A stretch of DNA of 64,000 nt from the NCBI RefSeq assembly GCF_032062105.1, contig NW_026930103.1:620001-684000 (forward strand). The letters are read 5' to 3'. The notes beneath the pieces were generated by a model that saw only the letters and a list, made by a program, of their open reading frames with translations, was not told the DNA's origin and made no database searches. A program made the translations under genes and the position numbers. The first letter of the stretch is position 1, and the number at the start of each line of letters is the position of its first letter. Below are positions 40,600 through 53,468 of this stretch, one piece after another. Origin of the DNA: Saccostrea cucullata (taxonomy: Eukaryota).

Positions 40600-41771
40600 G
40601 TACAAAGTCTGTTGAATTCGCGGGAAATGTTACACCAGCCAATAAAATTGCATTTTACATCAGAGAACATTTAGTTGGAGGGCAGAGTAAGTTGAGGTAA
40701 TATACATTTCCTATTGTTTTAAGAAAAAATATTTTCTGTATTCAACTTCACTAGTGTTTTGACAATACATTTACTTATTCAGAAATTGAAAAAAATAATG
40801 TCAAACACTTAATTTTAGTCGCTTTAAGCCTTAAATCCACTCCTCATCTGATTAACATGTTTGTACACCCCCTTATCCACCCAATCCTTAGAATTTGTAA
40901 TGAAGTTGCTTATATACATCACAGGCGTCGAAACCGGGGGGAGGGGGGGGGGGTAGTCCATTTTTGCACAGATATAGCCATGGCACAATGGGGCTCCTTC
41001 TACAAATGTTTTTTAGTGGGAGGGGTGTGTAATCCCCCCCCCCCCCTGTACCCTTGTTCAATTTGTTTCTGACACCTATGTGCAGTGTTCATTTACCCTC
41101 CCCTTTTTACTGTACAAAGTGTCTTCGAACACGTTGCCCCCCCCCCCCCCCATTTTATTGCAAAATAATCAAAAGATTTCGTGGTAATTGTAATCAGTTT
41201 AATTTAAATATTGTGTGGCTGGAATCTATATGATTTTTATCTTATAACCAAAATAATCTATATTTAATGATGTGGAAAAAAACCTAGACAAGATTCTTTG
41301 GAAACGATGTGCCATTGTTTAGGTAGTTACTAGTGCCTTAATATACATGTATCTACCTGTATAAAATTTTGATACACAATTTTTGTTAAATATTTTTTTC
41401 TGAATAAATCATTATTAGAGAAGGGGGCTGTCTATCAAAACAGTTGTGATCCTTTGTAGAAAATCGGGACCTAATAGCTTTTAATTGCTTTTATATACCA
41501 GTGATGAGGATTTATCTTTTAATTAGAACTTGTCTCAAATATTTTTTGTTCAAATAAAGAGTTACCTGAATTAAAATATGATATGGTTATGAAAATATTT
41601 CTCTCATAACCCCCCAATATTCAACATAGGGTATTAGGTCTATCAGCTCATGTATGACAATATGCATGCATGATTTTACGGAAATGACATTAAATAATTT
41701 ACTGCAACATGTAATGCTATTTTTTGTGAAGTTTCATATCATTTTCAGTATTACTGGTAAACAAGAAGGAA

Positions 41772-42839
41772 ATGGAGACTGTAAATCAACGTGGTAGACC
41801 ATATGTTAAAGGGAAAGCTCTTTCAAAAGACATGAGAAGTTTAATAATAAATGACTTAATTCAAGGTGGTGCTGTCAAAGGTAACCCTACCATTCCTCGT
41901 GGTCTAGGTGTTGAGTTGTCGCACAAATTTAAAGTGTCGAAATCGACAGTGTCAAATCTCTGGAAAAAATACAACGAGAAATTCTCGGTTTCTCCTCGCA
42001 AACCATTTCATGCAAGTACACGGAAAATAGGAGAAGAGGACTGTGAGTTTATTAAAGTATTGAAAACTGAACAACCTTCTATGCAATTAAAAACAATAAA
42101 AAATGAGTTACTTCGCCATTCAAACAGTATAACGCACGTCGGAATAGGAACGATTTCTAACACGATTCGAAAAGATCTCAACATGACATACAAAAAAATG
42201 TGTCTGTATCATAAAAATAGATTTAATATTCACAATCTCCAATATACACAAAGATTCCTTAACTATGTCGCGAATAAAGATCCATACACATTAAAGTTTA
42301 TGGATGAAATGGGAATCAGGTTGGTGGACGGTCAGCCAAACTACGGACATTCCATTAAAGGTACAAGATGCGTGGAAATGACCAGATATGACAGAACAGC
42401 CAACTATACCGTCAATTTGATCGTTGGTATTACAGGTGTTAAATATGTCTCTATTATTGATGGTCCATCAGATACTTTCAAGTATGTTGGCTTTATTGGA
42501 GAGGCAGCCAATAGTTTTACAGATGAGGGAGAGAGAGCATTCCAGTTGGGGGATACCCTGGTGATAGATAATGCCCCTATTCACCACCATACCGCCGAAA
42601 GAATCCTCAGAAATTGGCTACCGACTATAGGTGTAGATGTTCTGTTTTTACCTACCTATTCTCCAGATCTTAACCCAGCAGAAAAATGTTTTCTTAAAGT
42701 TAAGACTTTGATCAAGAGTGATAGATATGTAACTGCTCTACATAAAGATATGAAAGAGGCCGTACTACAAGCCTTCGGCGAAATTACTATGGCAGACACT
42801 TTGTCCTTCTTTCATGCAACAGATTGCATATTCGCCTAA
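41772..42839 (+). CDS. DD37E transposase (355 aa), inner copy
   Basis: Paired-domain-like N-terminus VNQRGRPYVKGKAL and HTH; catalytic FMDE, IDNAPIH, YSPDLNPAE with 37 residues between the second D and E. Confidence 0.93.
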   Translation: METVNQRGRPYVKGKALSKDMRSLIINDLIQGGAVKGNPTIPRGLGVELSHKFKVSKSTVSNLWKKYNEKFSVSPRKPFHASTRKIGEEDCEFIKVLKTEQPSMQLKTIKNELLRHSNSITHVGIGTISNTIRKDLNMTYKKMCLYHKNRFNIHNLQYTQRFLNYVANKDPYTLKFMDEMGIRLVDGQPNYGHSIKGTRCVEMTRYDRTANYTVNLIVGITGVKYVSIIDGPSDTFKYVGFIGEAANSFTDEGERAFQLGDTLVIDNAPIHHHTAERILRNWLPTIGVDVLFLPTYSPDLNPAEKCFLKVKTLIKSDRYVTALHKDMKEAVLQAFGEITMADTLSFFHATDCIFA

Positions 42840-45716
42840 CGAAGTTAATTTGAGCTTAAGTTGACATTGTAAAGAGTTGATCTAATCTTTGGATGTTGTG
42901 AAGGGAGCAAGCTGAATTTAATTCGACAGAAGCTGTCCTCGAGAAGTAAATACGTCTCCGTGCACCCCCCCCCCATAATCAGATCTAATTAAATGGCGCT
43001 AGTCCCTTAACCCCCGACCCCTAAGATTTTGTGTGCGGGAAGTTCTCGACCCAAATTTTTCTTCAAACTTATCCAGGTTTATACAATGTAGATTAACAGT
43101 GTCTAGTTTAAAAATTTGTAAATTTTTCATTGGTCATTTAAATAAAGTAGATGAAACATATCCGGCGGAGTAAAGAGTTCTTTGTTAATTACATGTACTT
43201 ATTACTTTTAGTGTTTTTCTCTGTGGATTGGAAAATGTTACACATGCACTAAATGTATATAAAGAAAAAAGAGAATAAATTTGTAGTATTTTATCATGCA
43301 ATTTGTGCATAGGACTTTTCTTTGGGATCCAAGAAAAATATCATTACTAACTTTTAATTTTTCATGTCACAATCATTCTCGAAATCCATGGATTTTGTTT
43401 CCATTCTATTTCCACAAAATTGAACAAAACGATGCTACTTGTATTTAAAAGAGGTCAACCAACACTGTGTATTTCCTCACAGTTTACATAATCTTTACGG
43501 TAGGAATATTGCGTTAAAATTTGTAATTGTCCGAGTTAACAAAAGCGATTATACCGTCGTAAAAGCAGCGATTTGCAATAAAAAGGGGGCTTCCTGTAAT
43601 TCGGGTCACAAAACACATACTGGAAAACCAAATTTAAAATTAAATGATTATGTTGAAAACTTATCAGAAACTGAAGTGATTGAATCTGATTGAAAATAGT
43701 TATTTCTAGTCAAATATCTCTTCAAACCCCGCTGGGTTTCTCGAAACATAGATTTATCATTTTGCTCTTTTGAAAAGTTGTTTAATACTATAACTGTTAT
43801 GATTGACTGTGTGAAATGATTGCGTACAAAAATCTGTCAAATTACATAACATCGACCGACATTATTCTGAACTGAAATTTACAACTGCTTTTCTCTCAGG
43901 AGAAATATACATCAAAAACTTGCGCAAACGTCATAGAGTGTAAAAAACAGGAAGCTCGTAGGTGGGGCTAGTAATCAGCTACATCGCTGTTGCAACCAAT
44001 GAGAATCAGCGTCATCATTTTACAGCCGGTAAACAAGTAGCGTCGAGAAAGTCACGCCCTACTGAAAGTCCAAAGAAGGGTTGAAATGCTCATAAATCTG
44101 TTGAAATTTGTGTCCAATAGATCAATAAAGTCATTTTCATCATCTTTATACATTATGCGCACGGCCGGCATACGTCCCAAATATTTAATTTGAGTTTGGA
44201 TAAGTCCTTCAAGACCTATAAATCCAAGAGATAAAAGTTCTCGGAGTGAAACACTCATCAGGGTACATCTTTCACTTCCATAATAATCATAATGTACCTT
44301 AAAATCAATTTCACAATAATCATCCGAAATTATCTTTGACACAGCCATGTCGCGCCCAATACTGTAATGTGATGCAATCTCCCGTGCAAACATGTACAAA
44401 GTCTGTTGAATTCGCGGGAAAAGTTACACCAGCCAATAAAATTGCATTTTACATCAGAGAACATTTAGTTGGAGGGCTGAGTAAGTTGAGGTAATATACA
44501 TTTCCTATTGTTTTAAGAAAAAATATTTTATGTATTCAACTTCACTAGTGTTTTGACGAATACATTTACTTATTCAGAATTTGAACAAATAATGTCAAAC
44601 AATTAATTTTAGTCGCTTTAAGCCTTAAATCTACTCCTCATCTGATTAACATTTTTCCTGTACACCCCCTTCTCCACCCAATCCTTAGAATTTGTAATGA
44701 AGTTGCTTATATACATCACAGGCGTCGAAACCGGGGGTGGGTGGGGTAGTCCATTTTTGCACAGATATAGCCATGGCACAATGGGGCTCATTCTACAAAT
44801 GTTTTTTTAGGGGGAGGGGTGTGTAATCCCCCCCCCTGTACCCTTGTTCAATTTGTTTCTGACACCTATGTGCAGTGTTCATTTACCCTCCCCTTTTTAC
44901 TGTACAAAGTGTCTTCGAACACGTTGCCCCCCCCCCCATTTTATTGAGTATAATCAAAAGATTTCGTGGAAATTGTAATCAGTTTAATATAAATATTGTG
45001 TGGCTGGAAGCTATATGATTTTCACCCTATAACCAAAACAATCTAAATGTTATGATGTGGAGAAAAACCTAGATAAAATAATTAAAAGTAGTTTTTACTG
45101 CATGGTTAAGATACTTTGGAAACGATGTGCCATTGTTTAGGTATAGTTACTAGTGCCTTAATATACATGTATCTACAGTACCTGTATAAGATTTTGATAC
45201 ACAATTTTTGTTAAATATTTTTTTCTAAATAAATCATTATTAGAGAAGGGGGCTGTCTATCAAAACAGTTGTGATCCTTTGTAGAAAATCGGGACCTAAT
45301 AGTAATTGCTTTTATATACCAGGGATGAGGATTTATCTTTTAATTAGAACTTGTCTCAAATATTTTTTGTTCAAATAAAGAGTTACCTGAATTAAAATAT
45401 GATATGGTTATGAAAATTACTCTCATAACCAGGGATGAGGATTTATTTTTTATTACTCATAATTAGAAACTTGTCTCAAATATTTTTTGTTCAAATAAAG
45501 AGTTACCTGAATTAAAATATGATATGGTTATGAAAATATTTCTCTCATAACCCCCCAATATTCAACATAGGGTATTAGGTCTATCAGCTCATGTATGACA
45601 ATATGCATGTATGATTTTACGGACATGACATTAAATAATTTACTGCTACATGTAATGCTATTTTTTGTGAAGTTTCAATCATATCATTTTCAGTATTACT
45701 GGTAAACAAGAAGGAA

Positions 45717-46784
45717 ATGGAGACTGTAAATCAACGTGGTAGACCATATGTTAAAGGGAAAGCCCTTTCAAAAGACATGAGAAGTTTAATAATCTATGAC
45801 TTAATTCAAGGTGGTGCTGTCAAAGGTAACCCCACCATTCCTCGTGGTTTAGGTGTTGAGTTGTCGCGCAAATTTAAAGTGTCGAAATCGACAGTGTCAA
45901 ATCTCTGGAAAAAATACAACGAGATATTCTCGGTTTCTCCTCGCAAACCATTTCATGCAAGTACACGGAAAATAGGAGAAGAGGACTGTGAGTTTATTAA
46001 AGTATTGAAAACTGAACAACCTTCTATGCAATTAAAAACAATAAAAAATGAGTTACTTCGCCATTCAAACAGTATAACGCACGTCGGAATAGGAACGATT
46101 TCTAACACGATTCGAAAAGATCTCAACATGACATACAAAAAAATGTGTCTGTATCATAAAAATAGATTTAATATTCACAATCTCCAATATACACAAAGAT
46201 TCCTTAACTATGTCGCGAATAAAGATCCATACACATTAAAGTTTATGGATGAAATGGGAATCAGGTTGGTGGACGGTCAGCCAAACTACGGACATTCCAT
46301 TAAAGGTACAAGATGCGTGGAAATGACCAGATATGACAGAACAGCCAACTATACCGTCAATTTGATCGTTGGCATTACAGGTGTTAAATATGTCGCTATT
46401 ATTGATGGTCCATCAGATACTTTCAAGTACGTTGGCTTTATTGGAGAGGCAGCCAATAGTTTTACAGATGAGGGAGAGAGAGCATTCCAGTTGGGGGATA
46501 CCCTGGTGATAGATAATGCCCCTATTCACCACCATACCGCCGAAAGAATCCTCAGAAATTGGCTACCGACTATAGGTGTAGATGTTCTGTTTTTACCCAC
46601 CTATTCTCCAGATCTCAACCCAGCAGAAAAATGTTTTCTTAAAGTTAAGACTTTGATCAAGAGTGATAGATATGTAACTGCTCTACATAAAGATATGAAA
46701 GAGGCCGTACTACAAGCCTTCGGCGAAATTACTATGGCAGACACTTTGTCCTTCTTTCATGCAACAGATTGCATATTCGCCTAA
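45717..46784 (+). CDS. DD37E transposase (355 aa), outer copy
   Basis: Intact; 4 amino-acid differences from 41772-42839. Confidence 0.93.
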   Translation: METVNQRGRPYVKGKALSKDMRSLIIYDLIQGGAVKGNPTIPRGLGVELSRKFKVSKSTVSNLWKKYNEIFSVSPRKPFHASTRKIGEEDCEFIKVLKTEQPSMQLKTIKNELLRHSNSITHVGIGTISNTIRKDLNMTYKKMCLYHKNRFNIHNLQYTQRFLNYVANKDPYTLKFMDEMGIRLVDGQPNYGHSIKGTRCVEMTRYDRTANYTVNLIVGITGVKYVAIIDGPSDTFKYVGFIGEAANSFTDEGERAFQLGDTLVIDNAPIHHHTAERILRNWLPTIGVDVLFLPTYSPDLNPAEKCFLKVKTLIKSDRYVTALHKDMKEAVLQAFGEITMADTLSFFHATDCIFA

Positions 46785-48605
46785 CGAAGTTAATTTGAGC
46801 TTAAGTTGACATTGTAAAGAGTTGAACTAATCTTTGGATTCTGTGAAGGGAGCAAGCTGAATTTAATTGGACAGAAGCTGTCCTCGAGAAGTAAATACGT
46901 CTCCATGCACCCCCCCCCCCCCCCCAATAATCAGATCTAATTAAATGGCGCTAGTCCCTTAACCCCCCCACCCCTAAGATTTTGTGTGCGGGAAGTTCTC
47001 GACCCAAATTTTTCTTCAAACTTATCTAGGTTTACACAATGTAGATTAACAGTGTCCAGTTTAAAAATTTGTAAATGTTTCATTGGTCATTCAAATAAAG
47101 TAGATGAAACATATCCGGCGGAGTAAAGAGTTCTTTGTTAATTACATGTACTTATTACTTTTAGTGTTTTTCTATGTGGATTTGAAAATGTTACACATGC
47201 ACTAAGTATATATAAAGAAAAAAAAATAAATTTGTAGTATTTTATCATGCAATTTGTGCACAGGACTTTTCTTTGGGATCCAAGAAAAATATCATTACTA
47301 AGTTTTAATTTTTCATGTCACAATCATTCTCGAAATCCATGGATTTTGTTTCCATTCTATTTCCACAAAATTGAACAAAACGATGCTACTTGTATTTAAA
47401 AGAGGTCAACCAACACTGTGTATTTCCTCACAGTTTACATAATCTTTACGGTAGGAATATTGCGTTAGAATTTGTAATTGTCCGAGTTAACAAAAGCGGC
47501 TACCGTCGTAAAAGCAGCGATTTGCAATAAAAAGGGGGATTCCTGTAATTCGGGTCACAAAAACATACTGGAAAACCATGGAAATTAAGTAAATTTAAAA
47601 TCAAATGATTATGTTGAAAACTTATCAGAAACTGAAGTGATTGAATCTGATTGAAAATAGTTATTTCTAGTCAAATATCTCTTCAAACCCCACTGGGTTT
47701 TTCTCGAAACATAGATTTATCATTTTGCTCTTTTGAAAAGTTGTTTAATACTATAACTGTTATGATTGACTGTGTGAAATGATTGCGTACAAAAATCTGT
47801 CAAATTACATAACATCGACCGACATTATTCTGAACTGAACTTTACAACTGCTTTTCTCTCAGGAGAAATATACATCAAGAACTTGCGCAAATGTCATAGA
47901 GTGTAAAAAACAGGAAGCTCGTAGGTGGGGCTAGTAATCAGCTACATCGCTGTTGCAACCAATGAGAATCAGCGTCATCATTTTACAGCCGGTAAACAAG
48001 TAGCGTCGAGAAAGTCACGCCCTACTGAAAGTCCAAAGAAGGGTTGAAATCCTCATAAGAGAAACTCATGTATAAATGATAGTTCACTCAGCATATTGAC
48101 GTACCTTATACGGTCCATTTCTTTCTCGTTTTAAAAATCTTATACCTGCACTTGATTCAGACAATATTGTTGCGCATAAAAATATTACCAATCTAGACGT
48201 ACATCATCACGAAGAAAATGGATACCTTGTATAATGAGATAATTGTAAAACAAATAAAAATAAATTAGATTAGTATGTAGACTAAATTAAACAAACAAAA
48301 CAAAAAAATCATAAAAGTGAACCAAAAAATTAAACTGCAGGGCAGGCGCCAGACACACCGGTTGTGGATCTGTTTTTGTATTGTATCAACAATTAGGCAA
48401 TCGTATTTTAGAAAGGTACGTACACACAGTAGATATCAGCGTTAAAAACTACTTATAATGTAAAAGATAACCTTGATCAAAACATCGTTTATTCTCAATT
48501 ACATCCAAAAAATATTTCAATACACCAAACAACCTTTAATATATATTTTTCTTTTTACTGCATATAGTACTTTTTGCTTGCTAATATGAACACGGTAAGC
48601 TTTTT

Positions 48606-48746
48606 ACGTCAAATCCTATTGTGACGTCAGCAAACCCGCGATCTACCTTAAAAAGCTCTACTTGTTATAAGTATTTCTTTGTCATAATTGAATCACGTCA
48701 TAGTTGTTATACGTCACACTAATTTCATTGGATATCTATGACGTCA
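48606..48746 (+). promoter_or_regulatory. Cluster of CRE/ATF-like sites upstream of the stathmin-like gene
   Basis: Two perfect TGACGTCA (48622, 48739) plus ACGTCA cores at 48606, 48695 and 48711. Confidence 0.5.
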
Positions 48747-48775
48747 TAATACTTGGCCTTTCGTTGTTAGACAGA

Positions 48776-49550
48776 ATGGGTCTAATTCACAGTTGCTTGG
48801 AAAAAAGAAGCAATAAAGTAGGTATCCTTTCAGAGGAAATGTCTGCCCATAAGAAAATCGAGAAGGAGATCGAAAATGAAGTATTGGAAGGGAAATTTCA
48901 CAACAAAACTGTTTCCTGGAAAATGTTTTGCGTTGCTTCCCTTGGAGGTAAAGAAGCTGACACTGGCACCGAAAACAAGATGTCCGATGTCGTGAAAACT
49001 AAGGATGGCATGGCGTTCAACATCGAATTCAAATCAAGGGTTCCAAAACTGCCACCTATCAAAATTAGGTCAACGTCTAATGTTGTCCAAAATGAAGAGC
49101 ATGGAAACTGGAAAGGTATTTATTCTCTCATTTTCTTTCTCAGATAGATATGGTACCAAAGAACTGTAAAATTATACATTTTAGTGGGGTCAAATTTTCG
49201 TGGTTTTAGGAAAAACTCTTGGTTCGTGAGGTTTTGATTTCGTGGATGAAGAATTTTTGAGTAGTTATGTAACATTTTACATTTCGTGGTGGACATGAAT
49301 TCGTGGGTCTCTCAATCGAAAACAACTTAAGTTAAACCCCCTAGAAAATTTGTGATTTCACAGTATTTGAAATTAATTAAGTCATATGATTTTTATTTCA
49401 GATGAAAAAGAGAAACTCCTGAAGAAGAAGCAAGACAGGGCAAATGCTAGACGCAAAGAAATTTTGAACAAGAGGATAATGGCCGCCCAAAGACCAAAGA
49501 CAGCAAGAACTAGAGATGGATCAACAGTTTCCAGCTTCCAAGAGCATTAA
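48776..49550 (+). CDS. Small stathmin-domain-like protein (about 162 aa), 2 exons
   Basis: Exons 48776-49115 and 49402-49550 (phase 1, GT-AG). N-terminal MG..SC acylation-type start, 'GMAFNIEF...KLPP' and helix 'EKLLKKKQDRANARRKEIL' resembling stathmin 'GQAFELIL...KKLEAAEERRK'. Confidence 0.6.
49162..49365. mobile_element. Short MITE in the stathmin-like intron
   Basis: Termini actgtaaaatta...tgatttcacagta with internal ttcgtgg repeats. Confidence 0.55.
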
Positions 49551-50267
49551 AGAAAATATGTCTGGAACAAATTTTTCAGCTGTTTGAAGTTAATTAGATC
49601 TATATAGGAATCAAAAAGATACCAAAACTGTTAATCGTGATTTGTATTTTATTCAATGTGTGTTCTTTATATACCTCACCTTTGAACTTCCTTCAAGAAT
49701 TCATCCCATATGAGTATCCATATATATGGAACTTGCATTGCTGATGAAATTCATCGAATTGGATTTAAAAACTGATCTTCAATGAGTTATGAAGAACGCA
49801 TGCTGGAAAGTCCGTCAAACAGTTAGTTTACGATGTCTCTTTGTGCATGTATGTATAAGGCTCCCAATGAACGGGATTCCTTGTTAAATTACATGTATTT
49901 TAGATTTTCAGTACTACATCCACTTAAATCATATTCTTTCTTCTTTTTTTTTTTTAATTTCTTGTTAAATCATTTAAAAACGAAATTAAAGAAGATTGAA
50001 TACAAAAAAAAGTTTTCATTTGTGGATTACAATAAGTTATATACAATGTACTAGTACTTACCGTCTAAAGGCTGAATTTTGATCTGTTTATTTTGATGTT
50101 ATTCAATAATAAAAAAAATTTCTTTTAAAAAACAAAACATTAAAAACTCTCTTTGACTATTGTAACATCAACAGAAATTCGAGTATTCATAGTAATTAAT
50201 TTATGGTAACGTAATTTGATCTGTATAATAAAATGACATATAGTACGAAAGCTTGTTTTCTTTGGCT

Positions 50268-52155
50268 TTAACTGAGTAGTGGACAACAAAAATTAAATAT
50301 ACACCAAATATACATGGTATATCTGCAAACAAACTGAGATTTTTGTGAGCTGAAAGATACATTGGGAATGATATTAAGCCAGAAATCCATTTCCTGTTTT
50401 CTATACTTAATTCTAGAAGTAACGCCAGCACCACTTAACTGCACATAAGCCTGAGTTGATGAATCAAATGGAGGCCATTCGGGGAGGTTGTCATAGTTAG
50501 GGTCCCTGAAAAATTCAAAATTCTTGCATTCATTAAAAAAAATAATTTCAATAGTTACTTTTGACAAAAAAAAAATTCTATAAAGAAAAAGAAGGAGGAA
50601 AAAATACTAAACTCACTTACCCAGTTTTAGCAAAGTTTGACCAATATTTCCTCATAATGGCTGACAACTTCAAATCAGAATCCTTCGTCTTATATTTAGA
50701 ATTGGGATCCACAAAAGTTAAATTTTCTACGAAAAACAGAAACATTAAATCGGTGGTATGGGCAGAGCCTTTATACCAAGATGGTGGAGGAGATCCCATG
50801 AAAACTGGTAGCCCCTCCGTAAGAATAAACTGGTATCTTTTCGAGTTTGTCGTGTTTCCGGAAGAATGAGTGAATAGAGTTGACAAACTGGGCGCAATGA
50901 AAAATAAATCTGAGTACCAGTGTAATACGGAAAGACTTTGAAGAGTTATGTTGTCATTTCCCCCATACTCCTTGCACATCGCATTCATTACGCTAAGTTT
51001 GCCATTAAAATGATCAGTTACTGCAGTTGGAATGAGATGGTTGCAAAAGAAATCTCTAGGAATGCCTTCAGTCATGTTTAATCCGTAAGCAGTGAGAACA
51101 TCGAAAGTTTCTAGGTACAGCGACCCTTCCATGTCGCAGTTGCCAACCATTACATCCAAAGATTTGAAAAACATATATTCCTCTGATAATGGGCTTTTAA
51201 ACATTTTGTTGGGCGACATTTTGAAAAGTTCGCCGTCCACTACCGGTGTAAAGACATTGGTTATGAGTCTGTGAATGGAACTAAGCGAGCCTTTAGCAAA
51301 ATCGGATACTGCATGCTTTATAGAATCAACTGGTAAGTTCCGCATGCATTTTAGAACAAGTTCTGGGTTTGTGTTCATGTTACATCCGACTTTGTCAGTG
51401 ATTATTTCTGAGGATTGCCTCGTACTTCCAATGGCTAAAGGAGAATTAGCCGTCCCGCTTTGCAGAATGATTCGATGAAACAAACCTTTATTTTTCGGTA
51501 TAAGGGACAAGAGTCCCACGCTGAAACCTCCGGCTGATTCTCCGAACAAAGTTATTTTTTCCGGGTTTCCACCATAATCCTCGATATTATCTTTCACCCA
51601 CTGGATGGCTAACATCTGATCCCAGAGTCCATAATTCCCTTTGATAAAAACTTTATCTAAACTGTAGAAACCGAATATTCCAAGTCTGTAGTTTAACGTC
51701 ACAACAATGACGTCACCACTTAAAGCAAGCATACTTCCGTCATAGTAACTTCCATAACCAAAAATGTAGCCGCCTCCATGGATCCATATCATGACTGCTC
51801 TTTTGTGCGCATGCTTCAAAGGATAAGGGATGTAAATATTTAAGTTCAGACAATCTTCGCTCACTTTCCCGCCGAAGTTTGGATCATCCAAGAGTTGCAT
51901 ACAAACAGGTCCCAGAATTGTTCCATTTCGGGTTTCATTCCAGGCCCCGTACGGTTTTGGTTTTGCAAATCGCAGTTCATCAACTGGGGGCATTGCGTAA
52001 GGTATGTTTAGAAATTTCATAATCCCTGCTTGTGTTCCATTTAATACATGTTCTCCCATGATGTCGCCAAGTTTTGTATGGTGTATGATATTTCTTATGT
52101 ATTGTCCTAGAGAAAACGATAGGGAGTTAAGGATTATTACTCCACAAATGTTCAT
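50268..52155 (-). CDS. Type-B carboxylesterase / cholinesterase-family hydrolase; 2 coding exons
   Basis: Exons 52155-50621 and 50505-50268. Signal-peptide-like N-terminus, SEDCLNLNI, oxyanion hole WIHGGGY, nucleophile GESAG, Glu in GNCDMEG, His in GSAHTTDL, WSNFAKTGDPN, hydrophobic C-terminal tail. Confidence 0.92.
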
Positions 52156-52725
52156 TTTTGTGACCTGAAAGATAAAAGAAGATAAAATTCACGTTAAAAT
52201 ATGAAAATATAATTTTTTTTTTCATTTTGTTATGCTCTTGTATGAGAAAAAGTTTTTACATTTGAAGATTAAATCAAATTTTAAGTTAAGTATTTTAACA
52301 ATGAATTTCAAATTGTAATATTTTATGTTCTTTTATTCATACTGGTACAAATTTATATAGGTCTTTCTTGTATTTTCAAATCATTATTATTTCATTTTAT
52401 TCCATGTTTTGTTATTGAATTCTAGAACGTAAACTATAATAAACTATAGCTCTAGTAACTCTTTTTAAATTTCTCAAGAGATAGATTACATAAATTTATC
52501 ATCTAAAAAAAAACACAAACTCTTTGATGACGGTTTTTGATTTGATCTATGGAAAGAAGCTAAGCAACAATCTGAATAAAATCAAATCTTTGTTACGCTC
52601 CGAAATTCTGATAGTGAGCAAAGATGTGGTTTTAATCAAATTGAGCCAAACATAAAAAATATTTACATGTACAGTACCTACATATAAACTGCATCTCACA
52701 TGTTGTTTCCGCTTTGGTAACATAA

Positions 52726-53374
52726 TGTAACGATTTTGACTGTATATATATTTAAAATGTGTGTTTATCTATTGGTGGTTTTAATTTATTCCGACCGGAA
52801 GATTCATTCATCATTATTGTATGTTTAAACTACATTTAAACTTGTTGTACATCATTGTTTTACCTTATTTAAAAGTCATGCTGTCATTTCATATGTATTG
52901 TATACTTTCGTTTTCCATTACTTCCGGTCGCGGGAAAATATGTACAGGTTTTACCTAGAATTTGTCGTGTTTTCGCGTTTTATAACGTCACGTTGGGTCA
53001 TGCTATGTCACTTTGTTTTAACGTTTAGTTTTAGAAGTCAGTTGGGATTTTTAGATGATAGTGGACGGACGTAAATTTTTTTAAGGAGTTATTTTGAATA
53101 GTCAGCCCAGAATTGTGAATTTATTTTACTCAATTTGTAGTCGTTACCAGACTATTTGTGAGATGTCCAGGTAATTTAATTGAAATTTGTGATAATTTAT
53201 TTATTATTTATAAAATTTCGTATTAGAAATTTACTTTATCTGAAATTTAAGGAATCCGTGGAATTTAGCAAGTGACGTTGTGTGACCATATTTTGAAATA
53301 TAAATTGTTGTTAATTTATTGACTATCATTATTAAATTTTGGAATATCAGAATATAATTTTTGAAAACGTTACA
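52726..53374 (+). repeat. 5' LTR (649 bp)
   Basis: TGTAACG...CGTTACA inverted termini; first ~320 bp repeated from 59430. Confidence 0.92.
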
Positions 53375-53377
53375 TTT

Positions 53378-53395
53378 TGGTGGCAGCGGTGGGAT
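53378..53395 (+). other. Primer-binding site (tRNA-Leu-like)
   Basis: TGGTGGCAGCGGTGGGAT just after the LTR, complementary to a tRNA-Leu 3' end ...AUCCCACCGCUGCCACCA. Confidence 0.8.
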
Positions 53396-53468
53396 AGGAT
53401 AAAATTATTTGTGCAAGAATATTTGTTATTCTTGATTTTCAATTGCTAGATTTTCCCCGGTGAAAAAA

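Larger units (their letters stand above)
38847..44092 (+). mobile_element. Inner full-length copy (5246 bp) of the same DD37E transposon
   Basis: Termini tgagcatttcaacc.../...ggttgaaatgctca with TA duplication (38845-38846, 44093-44094); the empty site ctgtcttataaatctg is visible in the inner copy at 40291-40306. Confidence 0.92.
37681..44393 (-). pseudogene. Transposon ORF2, outer copy, interrupted by the inner element
   Basis: 5' part 44393-44093, 3' part 38846-37970 (one 1-nt deletion near 38544), last exon 37766-37681. Confidence 0.75.
37410..48055 (+). mobile_element. Two-gene IS630/Tc1/mariner DD37E transposon (L31-like), outer copy
   Basis: About 100-bp imperfect TIRs (ggagtttttcaacccttctttgga...ctcattggttgc / gcaaccaatgag...tccaaagaagggttgaaatcctca), TA at 37408-37409 and 48056-48057; carries transposase 45717-46784 and a split ORF2. 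Confidence 0.9.

Noticed and set aside
41772-46784. Bacterial IS630 contamination or horizontal transfer
   Set aside because: The element contains a spliceosomal intron and a paired-like domain and is embedded among host-type repeats.
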